This document shows, piece by piece, positions 27,263 to 35,778 of a DNA stretch of 56,338 nt. The notes under the pieces are model-generated. The model did not search any database. It was not told the origin of the DNA and saw only the letters and a list, made by a program, of their open reading frames with translations. The stretch comes from an uncultured bacterium (lineage in GTDB: Bacteria > Hydrothermota > Tepidihabitantia > Tepidihabitantales > Tepidihabitantaceae). The translations under genes were made by a program, and so were the position numbers. The stretch covers positions 1 to 56,338 of the forward strand of contig CBDUVZ010000003.1 of assembly GCA_965370805.1 (NCBI GenBank), in the 5' to 3' direction. Within the stretch, counting starts at the first letter, position 1, and each line of letters starts with the position of its first letter.

Positions 27263-27484
27263 TCATTGGGATTTGGTCATTTCCTTTTCCGGGACCGGGT
27301 CATAGCCATGACCGCCCCATGGATGGCATCGGAGAATCCGTCTTGCGGCCAGCCACAGCCCGCGGCCGGCCCCGTGTTCTTCCACAGCCTGGATGGCGTA
27401 CTTGGAACACGTGGGATGGAACCGGCAGGAGTTCGGCAGAATCGTGCCGAGCGTGTACTGGTAGAGCCGGACGGCGGCTATCAC
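27263..27484 (-). CDS. yidD: Membrane protein insertion efficiency factor
   Basis: GTG at 27484 gives 73 aa: (M)IAAVRLYQYTLGTILPNSCRFHPTCSKYAIQAVEEHG...RCHPWGGHGYDPVP. The 133-aa track ORF extends into the repeat element and is rejected. Confidence 0.85.
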   Translation of the reverse strand: MIAAVRLYQYTLGTILPNSCRFHPTCSKYAIQAVEEHGAGRGLWLAARRILRCHPWGGHGYDPVPEKEMTKSQ

Positions 27485-27660
27485 AATTGCGAATGACGAA
27501 TGGGGATTGGAGCGAAAACCACTGATAAACACGGACAAACGCAGGCAGAACAGAACGATTCGATTTCCATTCTGCGACGCAGGAACAGGTGCCATTGGAT
27601 GGCTCAATCTGTGTCGATCTGTATCCATCTGTGGTTCTATTCCGGCTCTTGCGTTTGCAA
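27485..27660. repeat. Composite intercistronic repeat element (copy 2)
   Basis: Between rnpA and yidD. Homologous to 22545-22775 (see that entry). Also carries gtgtcgatctgtatccatctgtggttc-type words. Confidence 0.75.
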
Positions 27661-28044
27661 TCATGAGCGCAGCCTGCGGGTGAGGGCTTCGGTCTGCTTG
27701 AGCAGGTCCCTGAATCCGAGGTCAACCGCCCGCCGGGTTGCCCGAAGCGTGTAGTCGTAGCCGGTCGGAAACCAGTCCTTGTGGGTGCGGTAGATTTCGC
27801 GCAGCCGTCGTTTGAGGCGATTGCGTCTCACCGCGCCTTTGATACCCCGGGGCAGGAGAACGGCTATCCTGCGTTGCGGCATTCCGGTCGGGCTGTTGTC
27901 GGGGCTAGCTTGCGGGCTGAAGCGGAGATAGAACGCCGAATTGGAGATGCGGCGTCCGGTCCGCCTGATGCGGAGCATGTCCGCCCGAAGCCGCGGTATC
28001 TCGGCGCGCTTCAGAGTCCGGTCCGTGGTTCCGTCCGTAACCAT
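27661..28044 (-). CDS. rnpA: Ribonuclease P protein component
   Basis: 127 aa, basic. GAVRRNRLKRRLREIYR motif. Immediately downstream of rpmH. Confidence 0.85.
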   Translation of the reverse strand: MVTDGTTDRTLKRAEIPRLRADMLRIRRTGRRISNSAFYLRFSPQASPDNSPTGMPQRRIAVLLPRGIKGAVRRNRLKRRLREIYRTHKDWFPTGYDYTLRATRRAVDLGFRDLLKQTEALTRRLRS

Positions 28045-28182
28045 TCATACGGCCAGGCGCTTACGGCCTTTGGCCCGGCGTCGGTTGATGACTGCTCTAC
28101 CGCCGCGGGTCTTCATGCGGGCACGAAACCCATGCGTGCGCTTGCGACTGATATTCGAAGGCTGAAAGGTTCTCTTAGGCAT
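28045..28182 (-). CDS. rpmH: 50S ribosomal protein L34
   Basis: Not in the ORF track (45 aa). Hand translation gives [51 protein letters not shown] lies 7 nt upstream. Confidence 0.95.
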   Translation of the reverse strand: MPKRTFQPSNISRKRTHGFRARMKTRGGRAVINRRRAKGRKRLAV

Positions 28183-28679
28183 GATTGTCTCCTCAGGAGA
28201 GCATTATAGATGTGCCGCCCGGAGATGTCAAGCCGGCACGGAACAGAGCCGGACAACCGCAGGCGGCCGTCCGGGATTCATGTCGGGGTTTTGCAGTGCG
28301 GTCGGGCCCGGGAAATCGGCAGGGAAATGTCGAAGGACGAGTGTCGAATGACAAATGCGGAAGGAATAACCGCCAAGACCGCCAAGAGGTTACTTCCTCT
28401 CCCTTGAGGGAGAGGAGTGAGGTGAGGGTGACGGGATATGGAGTGCGGGCGCGAAGCTCCCGCTTTTCCTTTCCCGAAGCGATGCTGCGGCGGGCCAAAG
28501 CGGCAGCTCTGCTGCCGCAGTCCAAAGACGGACAGCGCGGTCCCCTGCACCCCAGCAGGAGCAAGGACTTGCGGGTGATTAGCATCCTCAAGCCAAGGAT
28601 AGTCCGGAGCGACGCGGACGTCAAGCCGGGCAGTCCTGGTTCGGTCAGGCTGAGCGTCGGGGAAAGGACGGCTCATTAC

Positions 28680-28880
28680 CTATCTTCCGATGAGTCGCAC
28701 TCGACTGGTCAGGACATCAGACCCGATCTTCAACACGACCAGATAGGTGCCTGCACCCAGCCGGTTGCCTGTTCGGCAGCCCGGGATGCTCCTTCTGGTC
28801 GTCTCGGGGCCATCTCTGGGTGCTCCAGTCTTACATATTCGTAAGATGGTGACAGGGAGGCTGGACAGGCGGCTCGGAAG
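28680..28880 (-). pseudogene. Start-less remnant of a T9SS C-terminal sorting domain
   Basis: Hand translation gives ...LPSRLSSLPVTILRICKTGAPRDGPETTRRSIPGCRTGNRLGAGTYLVVLKIGSDVLTSRVRLIGR*. The tail pattern G..L.AGTYLV.L......T.RV.L is that of the intact CTDs in this window. No upstream start or body. Confidence 0.4.
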
Positions 28881-29325
28881 TGGCTGTAGTAGCCAAGTAT
28901 ACGGTAGTTTGGGGAGTTAGGGGCGGAAATGGGGGCCGAAAATTGACTCTCACGGGTCGCTCTCGGAGTCCCTTTCCATCTTCTTCACCGAGTCATCGTC
29001 CGGGGCCTCTGCCAGGCAATTCCAGCCGCTGTTGTCCGGTGAGTCGGGCAGGACGTTCCTGAGGGAATCCCGCAGGACATCCGGCTCATCATCCGGGGAA
29101 ATCTCCATCGGTTCACCTAACCTTCTGCGGTCTGAGGCATCTTCCCGGGTGTTCCTTGAGTCATTCGGGGTGTTGCTTTCCCCACAATCTTCTGCATCGT
29201 CCTGGACATCGTCTGCTCGGTTGTCTCCCGGATTCCTCTACCCGTGGTCTTGGCGGGAAAGGCGTCCGGCGAGAGAGGGAGTCCGAATAACGGAATCCGA
29301 GGCCCAGGACAAATGGTAGTCCCTG

Positions 29326-31599
29326 CTATCTGAGCAGGATGATGGTTCCGGTTTCGGTTGGCGGGAGGTCTGTTGTTTCCCGAGCCGAGACCGGGTTGGC
29401 TCGCATCTGGTAGAAGTAGACCCCACCGGGCAACGGGTTTCCTTTGGAGTCTTTGCCGTCCCAGCGAGTCTTGTGAGTTCCCGGCCCTGAGATTCCGTCC
29501 ACCAGTGTATTGACCGGTTGACCGGTGAGGTCGTAGATTCTGATGGTAACGTGGGCCTGGCAGGGTAGTTGATACGGGATGGCTGTCTGTGAGGAGAAAG
29601 GGTTGGGGTGATTCTGTCCCAGGTTGCGAGTGCGAAGGGTTGGACCAGGTGTTTCCGCAACAGGGGTAGGGCCGTAGTACTGGAGGATGTGCATGCCGGT
29701 TTGTCCGGAAGCGGTGTAGCAGTACGGGTCAGCATCGCGGCGGAAGATTCCCCGGATTACACCGGCCACGCCATAGGAGCCGACCAGTACCGGGTTGGCC
29801 GGGTCAGCCACGTTTATCACTTTGAAACCCTGAGTCAGGTAGGCAAGGGTGTCATGGACCATGACGTCCCAGGCACCGCGACAAGCGTAATGCCCGACTT
29901 GGTGCGGGTCGGTCGGGTCAGCCACGTTGATGATTCTGAGTCCTTCACTCCATGCCGCCACATAGGCGAACGAGTCTACGGCGCATACCCCGTCGGCTTC
30001 GCCGCCATTCACTCCACATGAACCTACTACGTGTGGGTTGGAGGAGACGGACACGTCTACCACTTTGAAGCCGCCGGAGCTTCCGTCGGCGATGTATGCG
30101 TGGGAGTCGAGCACCCAGACACCGCGTGCGCTTGCAGTCCGGCATGAGCCGACGACTCTCGGAATCGTGGGTATGGAGATGTCGATGACCTTGAGGCTCA
30201 GTCCTGTGGATGTGGAGGACGTAACGTAAGCGTAGTCGCCTGAGACACAGACATCAGTAGCCGGCCTCCTGAGTGATACTGAAGCGACCTGGTGCGGGTC
30301 CTCCGGGTCGGAGATGTCGATCACCTTGAGACCCGAGGAGTATGCTGCTACGTAGGCGTAGTTTCCGGAGACCCATACCGCTTCGGCCGAGCCGGCTGGG
30401 CAGTGCCCGACCTCTTCCGGTTCCGTCGGGTTGGAGATGTCAATGACTCTGAGTCCGCCCGAGCGATTGGCCAGGTATGCGTACGAACCTGAAACGAACA
30501 CTTCCTCACCGCAATGCGGCATTCCATCATAGCAGCCTTCTTCGGACGGGTGGGCTGGGTCAGACACATCGAAAATCCTCAGCCCGGCCGTACCCGCTGT
30601 AACATAGGCATGAAGATCTGAGACCCAGATTCCGTAGGAACAGCCTGATATACCATGCGAGCCGACCTGGTGCGGATTGGTCGGGTCGGAGATGTCATAG
30701 ACACGCAGACCGCTGTAGTCGGCCGAAACGTATGCGTGTTGACCGGAAACGCACATTCCAAACGCCCACTGTCCGGGCAGAGGGCAGGACCCAACCTGGT
30801 GCGGATTGGCAGGGTTGGATATGTCGATTGCACACAGGCTCCCTGCTCCGACCAGATAGGCATGGGTTCCCGAAATCCGCACCCGGTAGCTCCAGCAACT
30901 TGCTCCACACGCGCCCACGATGACCGGGTCCGAGGGCACGGAGACGTCGATGACAATCAGGACTGAGTCGCTGATGCTTCCGCAGTCAGCGACGTACGCA
31001 TGTGAACCGGAAACCGCGACCCCGCCGGCAGTCTCCGGGGTGTCGCAGAGTCCGATTTCAACCGGGTCCGAAGGGTCTGAGACGTCAATGACACAAAGAC
31101 CGGCTGTGCCACACGCCACGAAGGCGAGGGTTTCAGATACGCAGACGTCATTAGCTCCGCGCGGTGTGCTGCACCAGCCAAGTTCAACCGGGTCGGACGG
31201 GTCAGAGATATTCACTATCCTGAGCCCGCCGCCGTAATCAGCAATGTAGAGGAGAGTGTCGGCCAGGTGAAAGCCTTCAATCAGACCAGGGGTAGGCATT
31301 TGTGCGATTCTCTCCGGCGCGGTCCGGTCCGAGATATCAAGGACATAGATGCCGCCACCTGCTCCCATGTACGCGTAGTCATCCTGAGTCACTACCTGAC
31401 AGGCAGGACCATAGGGCCAGCTACCGACCATTCTGACATTCTGTGAGTCCGCTTCGGCGACTCGGCCCGGACCGCACCAACAGAGGGGCTGCCGCTCAGA
31501 ACCCCCGGCTGAAGCTAGGGCCTTGGGGACAAGGAGAACGACAAGCAACAACAGGCCCAAAACCTGCACGGCAGAGCGACGTTTCTTCTTTCTCATCAT
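29326..31599 (-). CDS. LVIVD-repeat beta-propeller protein with T9SS C-terminal domain
   Basis: 757 aa; signal peptide. About 14 repeats of AYV...GL.V.DVSDP..P..VG (includes a literal LIVIDVS). CTD: NPFSSQTAIPYQLPCQAHVTIRIYDLTGQPVNTL...WDGKDSKGNPLPGGVYFYQM. Confidence 0.85.
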   Translation of the reverse strand: MMRKKKRRSAVQVLGLLLLVVLLVPKALASAGGSERQPLCWCGPGRVAEADSQNVRMVGSWPYGPACQVVTQDDYAYMGAGGGIYVLDISDRTAPERIAQMPTPGLIEGFHLADTLLYIADYGGGLRIVNISDPSDPVELGWCSTPRGANDVCVSETLAFVACGTAGLCVIDVSDPSDPVEIGLCDTPETAGGVAVSGSHAYVADCGSISDSVLIVIDVSVPSDPVIVGACGASCWSYRVRISGTHAYLVGAGSLCAIDISNPANPHQVGSCPLPGQWAFGMCVSGQHAYVSADYSGLRVYDISDPTNPHQVGSHGISGCSYGIWVSDLHAYVTAGTAGLRIFDVSDPAHPSEEGCYDGMPHCGEEVFVSGSYAYLANRSGGLRVIDISNPTEPEEVGHCPAGSAEAVWVSGNYAYVAAYSSGLKVIDISDPEDPHQVASVSLRRPATDVCVSGDYAYVTSSTSTGLSLKVIDISIPTIPRVVGSCRTASARGVWVLDSHAYIADGSSGGFKVVDVSVSSNPHVVGSCGVNGGEADGVCAVDSFAYVAAWSEGLRIINVADPTDPHQVGHYACRGAWDVMVHDTLAYLTQGFKVINVADPANPVLVGSYGVAGVIRGIFRRDADPYCYTASGQTGMHILQYYGPTPVAETPGPTLRTRNLGQNHPNPFSSQTAIPYQLPCQAHVTIRIYDLTGQPVNTLVDGISGPGTHKTRWDGKDSKGNPLPGGVYFYQMRANPVSARETTDLPPTETGTIILLR

Positions 31600-31903
31600 C
31601 TGTCTCCATTTCGTAGTCCAGAATGCCGGGGATACCGAACATGCGGCATCATAGCCTGCTGTACCTGGTTGTCAATGCCAGGGAAGTGACCGGAGAGGAA
31701 TCCAAACACCGGGATGCCAATAGCACGACGCAGAAGTCCGGATTTGGGAATCGACATCTGGAATCGGAACGGCTGCAGCCCGGATTCTCTTGAATGGCTT
31801 GCCTGCAGTCGTAGAATGGAGAAGATGGTCGAAAGAAAATGCCGAAGGGCGAGTGTCGAATGACGAATGGAGAATTCCGACACCGGAAAGACCTGTCACT
31901 GCA

Positions 31904-32218
31904 ATGATGAGGTATCCACTTGGTGCCGGGGTGTGCTTGTTTTGTGCGTTCTGCTGCGCCGGTCTGTTTGCTGACCCGGTTGTCGTGTCCGGGACCGCTG
32001 ATAATGACTACGAGTCGTGGATTGCGCGGCTGAACGACGACCGGCTGATGGTGGTCTTCGACCGCAACCCGGACTTCCGCACCGGCGACCTGTACGTTAC
32101 CTTCTCAACCAATGACGGCGCGCCGGTGTGCATCCCGGGTCTGCCGCACAGCGCCCGGCTCGAACTCCATCCGGTCCTTGACAACCCGCCTTTTTCGGCT
32201 ACAACTTTAGTATGGTGA
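31904..32218 (+). pseudogene. Possible truncated sialidase/BNR-like fragment
   Basis: 104-aa ORF with a signal-like N-terminus. ESWIARLNDDRLMVVFDRNPDFRTGDLYVTFSTNDGA resembles the first blades of exo-alpha-sialidase-like proteins but stops after ~1 blade. Overlaps the next gene's start. Confidence 0.3.
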
Positions 32219-34401
32219 AGGACCCAAAGATGGGCAATCTGTTTCTGACTGGATGTCGTACTGCCCGTGCTACCGGTTCGCTGCTGCTCGTGTTGGCTGT
32301 CACCGGTCTGCTTGTCTGCCGGCGCAACCAGCAACCGGTCGTCGCCGCACTCGAAGGTCCGCAGAGCGTCGTGCCGGGCGACACCGCAGACTACCGCTGC
32401 CGGGGTGTCGATCCGGAAAGCGAGTCGCTGGAATACCTCTTCGAGTGGGGGGATTCGATGCCCCAGGAACGGTTCGGCCCCTGCGCTTCGGAGAGCACGC
32501 TCACGGCGCACCACGTCTACCACGACTCCGGTGCGTTCCGGCTGCGGGTCCGCGCGTGCGACCCGGCCGGTGCGGTTTCGGAGTGGACCGAAATGACCGT
32601 GGCTGTGGCGCCGCCCGGTGCGCCGCCGTGCCCCGTCGGGCCGGACCAAACCTACCAGTACGCGCCGGCTGGCTACCGGCTCGGCCCGCTCGCGGAATCG
32701 GTCGCGGTCGAGTACGAAGTCGATTGGGGCGACGGCGCCGTCGAGACTACCGCGGTCGTTCCGTGCGGCGATACCCTCCGGGTCGAACATACCTGGACCG
32801 ACGCCGGCGCTTTCGTCCTGCGCTGTCGCGTGCGTTCAGGTATTGACGGCGGCTTTCAGTCCCAATGGTCGGATTCACTGACCGTCATCGTGTACGCCAA
32901 TCACGTGCCAATCAACACCCGGCTTGCACGGTGTCCCTGGGGCGCGGTCATCAACCGCCGCACGCGCTTCGAAGCCGTGGCTCTGGACCCGGACGGCGAC
33001 AGCATCAGTTACCAGTTCGAGTACGACGTTGCCGGTGGTCTGCGCGGCGACTGGACCCCGCTGTCGATGCACAGCGTCCCCGTGCCTGACTACCACACCT
33101 ATCTTGCGGCTGGTGAATTTCTCGTTCGCGTGCGCGCCCGCGACGCCTACGGCGCGTCCTCTGACTGGTCCGATACCAGCCGGGTCGTGGTCGACACGAA
33201 CGGGGTTGTCTGGACATGGGTTACGCCCGAAGACTCGATGGAAGCCACCGGCTCCGCGCTCGTGTTGCCCGTCGAGGGACGTGAATGCGTCTATGTCGGC
33301 AGTTGGGGGGACGAGGGTTTGTACTACGCCGTCGACGTCGAAGACGGTTCGACGTGGCGTCAGGCAGGTCCCGGCGGGGAATTCGGAATCTCGAGCCACG
33401 CGGCGTACTGCGCTGCGACCGACAACATCATTGTCGGCGATGAGGACGGCGCGCTCTACGCCTTCTCCCCGTCGCTGGAGTTGCGCTGGGAGGCGCCCGA
33501 TTCCCTGAACCCGCATCAGTACGAATGGTGCGTGCCGGCGGTCAACGGCAACCGCATCTACTTCACGCTTGACGACGACTTCCTGTTTTGTCTGGTCGAC
33601 TCAGGCACCAGCGTGCATTGTGTCGGTTCCTGGGACGTACCGGGGATCACCGAGCACCCGGTTATCGATGCTGCGGGCAACGTTATCGTTGTCACCGAGA
33701 CCGGCCGGCTGCTCAAGTCTGATCCGGACCTTGCCACCGTGCTCTGGGATACTCTGCTCTGCCCTCGGGGGTGGTTGGCTTCACCAGTGCTGGGCGTGGA
33801 CGGTACGCTCTACCTGGGCACCAGCGAGGGCGACCGCACCACCTACGTCCGTGCTTACCGACCCGACCTTTCGCTGGCCTGGCAGACGCAGGTGTCGGGT
33901 TCCCCGTGGTGGCTCCTGCTCGGCGACGGCGCAGTCTACGTCGTCCTGCACGACGGCGACGTCTACCGTCTCGACCTGGCCACTGGGGCTATCGTCTGGC
34001 AGGCTGACCTTCCTGGCAACCCCTTATTTTTCTCCTGCCCGTTTCTTACCGATGACGGCTTCATCTACCTTCACGAGGTGCACGATTCCCTCTACTGTGT
34101 GCGCCAGTCCGATGGTGCGCTGGTCTGGGAGTGTGATCTCCTCGCAAGCTTGCCGTTGTCTGCCGGTGCGTCGCACGCAGACAGGCTTGCCCGGCCTTCA
34201 CCGCGCGGGCCCGGTAGACGCGGCGGACGCGACTACATGCCGGATTACGCCCCGGGCCTCACCGCGAACGGGGACATCATCGTGGTCGGCGGGTACGCGC
34301 TCTACTGTGTTGCCGGTCCGACCCGCGGCGGACTTGCGCCTACTGCCTGGCCCAAGTGGCAGCGCGACGTTCACAACACCGGCAAGGCCGGTGGCTGGTA
34401 G
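32212..34401 (+). CDS. Membrane-anchored PKD-like repeats + PQQ/BamB-like beta-propeller protein
   Basis: 729 aa. N-terminal TM/lipobox-like segment. Three PKD-like modules (YLFEWGDS...H.Y...G.F.LRVRA.D..G..S.WS). PQQ-like repeats (GALYAFSPSLELRWE, VYRLDLATGAIVWQ, LYCVRQSDGALVWE). No T9SS CTD. Confidence 0.8.
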   Translation: MVKDPKMGNLFLTGCRTARATGSLLLVLAVTGLLVCRRNQQPVVAALEGPQSVVPGDTADYRCRGVDPESESLEYLFEWGDSMPQERFGPCASESTLTAHHVYHDSGAFRLRVRACDPAGAVSEWTEMTVAVAPPGAPPCPVGPDQTYQYAPAGYRLGPLAESVAVEYEVDWGDGAVETTAVVPCGDTLRVEHTWTDAGAFVLRCRVRSGIDGGFQSQWSDSLTVIVYANHVPINTRLARCPWGAVINRRTRFEAVALDPDGDSISYQFEYDVAGGLRGDWTPLSMHSVPVPDYHTYLAAGEFLVRVRARDAYGASSDWSDTSRVVVDTNGVVWTWVTPEDSMEATGSALVLPVEGRECVYVGSWGDEGLYYAVDVEDGSTWRQAGPGGEFGISSHAAYCAATDNIIVGDEDGALYAFSPSLELRWEAPDSLNPHQYEWCVPAVNGNRIYFTLDDDFLFCLVDSGTSVHCVGSWDVPGITEHPVIDAAGNVIVVTETGRLLKSDPDLATVLWDTLLCPRGWLASPVLGVDGTLYLGTSEGDRTTYVRAYRPDLSLAWQTQVSGSPWWLLLGDGAVYVVLHDGDVYRLDLATGAIVWQADLPGNPLFFSCPFLTDDGFIYLHEVHDSLYCVRQSDGALVWECDLLASLPLSAGASHADRLARPSPRGPGRRGGRDYMPDYAPGLTANGDIIVVGGYALYCVAGPTRGGLAPTAWPKWQRDVHNTGKAGGW

Positions 34402-34526
34402 CGGTTGTTTCCGGTTCGACGCCATACGCTCGAAGCATTACGCTCCATGCTCGACGCCCGAAGCAGCCGGCGTTCTGCGTCTTGCGTCAAGCGTAAGGCG
34501 TCATGCGTCTTGCTGTCTATCCTCGC

Positions 34527-35504
34527 TCAGGGCCGGCGGCCGAGTATTGCCAGCTTGTTGTCGGACTTCACGGCGACGTAGACTGCTTCGGTGCCGGGCT
34601 TGACGGTCAGGTAGTCAGGGTGGTTCCCGACCGGAATCGTTCGGACGACCGCGAGGTCAGCGGTCCGGATGACCGAGACGCTCGAGTCGCCGTGGTTTGC
34701 CACGTAGACGTATTTGCCGTTTTCCAGGACCGCCAGGCCGGTCGGCATCGCTCCGACATCAACCGTGGCCACTACCGTGTTGTCCGAAGTGCGCACCACC
34801 GCGACCTGGTTGTCGGACAGGTTCGACACGTAGAAATGCCGGCCGTCCGGCAGGAACACGATGTCGTGGGGATTGTTGCCGACCGGGAAGTCGGCGATGA
34901 CGACGTTGTCCGCAGTCCGGATGACCGAGATGCTGTTGCTCGCCCGGTTCGCGACGTAGAGCTTCTGGCCGGACGGATGGGCCGCCAGGTGCCAGGGCCT
35001 GGGTCCGACCGGAATCGAATCGACCAGTTCGTTGTCCGCGGTCCGGATGACCGATACGTAGTTCCCGCCGTAGTTGGCGACGTAGATGAATTCGCCGTTC
35101 GGCAGGGCTTCGACGCCGATGGGACGCGGACCCACCGGAATCGAATCGATTACCTGGTTGTCGGACGTCCGGATGACTGCTACCCGGTTGCTGTGGTGGC
35201 ACGCGACGTAGACGAATTCGCCGTCGGGGAGCACTGCGGCCCCGGTTGGAGCGCCGCCGATGGCGACCTGCTCGACGACGGTGTTGTCGGAAGTTCTGAC
35301 TCGGTATACGGCTCCGCTCCAGTGGGTCAGGAAGAGCCGGCTCCCGTCGGGCGTGAAGACCGGGCCGTAGGGCTGGGCGCCGACCGGGATTGTCGCCACA
35401 ACGCGGTCCGGGTAATCGGCCCTGGAGCCGCCGCACGAAAGTGTCAGCGCGGCGAACGCGCCGACTGTCATCAGAATACCGGTCTCGATATATTTGTGAG
35501 TCAT
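34527..35504 (-). CDS. YVTN-family beta-propeller lipoprotein
   Basis: Start is the ATG at 35504; lipobox ALTLSCGG. Seven ~40-aa repeats (G..P.G.A..PDG..VYVAN..SN.VSVIRT.DN.V). Resembles the YncE/YVTN family. Confidence 0.85.
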   Translation of the reverse strand: MTHKYIETGILMTVGAFAALTLSCGGSRADYPDRVVATIPVGAQPYGPVFTPDGSRLFLTHWSGAVYRVRTSDNTVVEQVAIGGAPTGAAVLPDGEFVYVACHHSNRVAVIRTSDNQVIDSIPVGPRPIGVEALPNGEFIYVANYGGNYVSVIRTADNELVDSIPVGPRPWHLAAHPSGQKLYVANRASNSISVIRTADNVVIADFPVGNNPHDIVFLPDGRHFYVSNLSDNQVAVVRTSDNTVVATVDVGAMPTGLAVLENGKYVYVANHGDSSVSVIRTADLAVVRTIPVGNHPDYLTVKPGTEAVYVAVKSDNKLAILGRRP

Positions 35505-35778
35505 CTTTCTGTTCCTTTCTGTTCGGCCGGCGGGCCGGCGCACGCAATAAGCAGGAAATGACCAATGATCAACCAGGCAGTATGCCTTGGCTGTCGGTTC
35601 GAGTCAAGCGGTTGTCGCGGGTCGGCGGACCGTTGCGCTCATCTATCTGCTTGACATTCCGGCCCCATCCTCTATACCCTAGTGAGCAGGAAATGACCAA
35701 TAACCAGGCACCAATGACCAACCTCGGTCAGGAGAGGTCTGTCATTCATATTCCGCGAGCATTACCCAGGGAGGATCC

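Noticed and set aside
27263-27664. 133-aa version of yidD from the ORF track
   Set aside because: The N-terminal 60 codons translate the intercistronic repeat element (…MDTDRHRLSHPMAPVPASQNGNRIV…). YidD proteins are ~70-85 aa, and the GTG at 27484 gives the canonical length and N-terminus.
28953-29105. 51-aa highly acidic minus-strand ORF (MEISPDDEPDVLRDSL…DSESDP)
   Set aside because: It lies in a tract with a decayed 12-nt periodicity (D/N every 4th codon), has only a weak SD-like sequence, and has no homology signal. More likely it is a by-product of the repeat.
28183-29325. oriC with DnaA boxes upstream of rpmH
   Set aside because: No TTATCCACA/TGTGGATAA or close variants were seen by eye, no AT-rich unwinding element, and dnaA is absent. 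Left as an open question in the findings rather than a feature.
35596-35612. tRNA-like T-arm string (ggttcgagtc) in the 35.5-35.8 kb spacer
   Set aside because: No acceptor stem, anticodon arm or D-arm can be built around it. No other tRNA/rRNA/tmRNA/RNase P signatures were recognised anywhere in the window.
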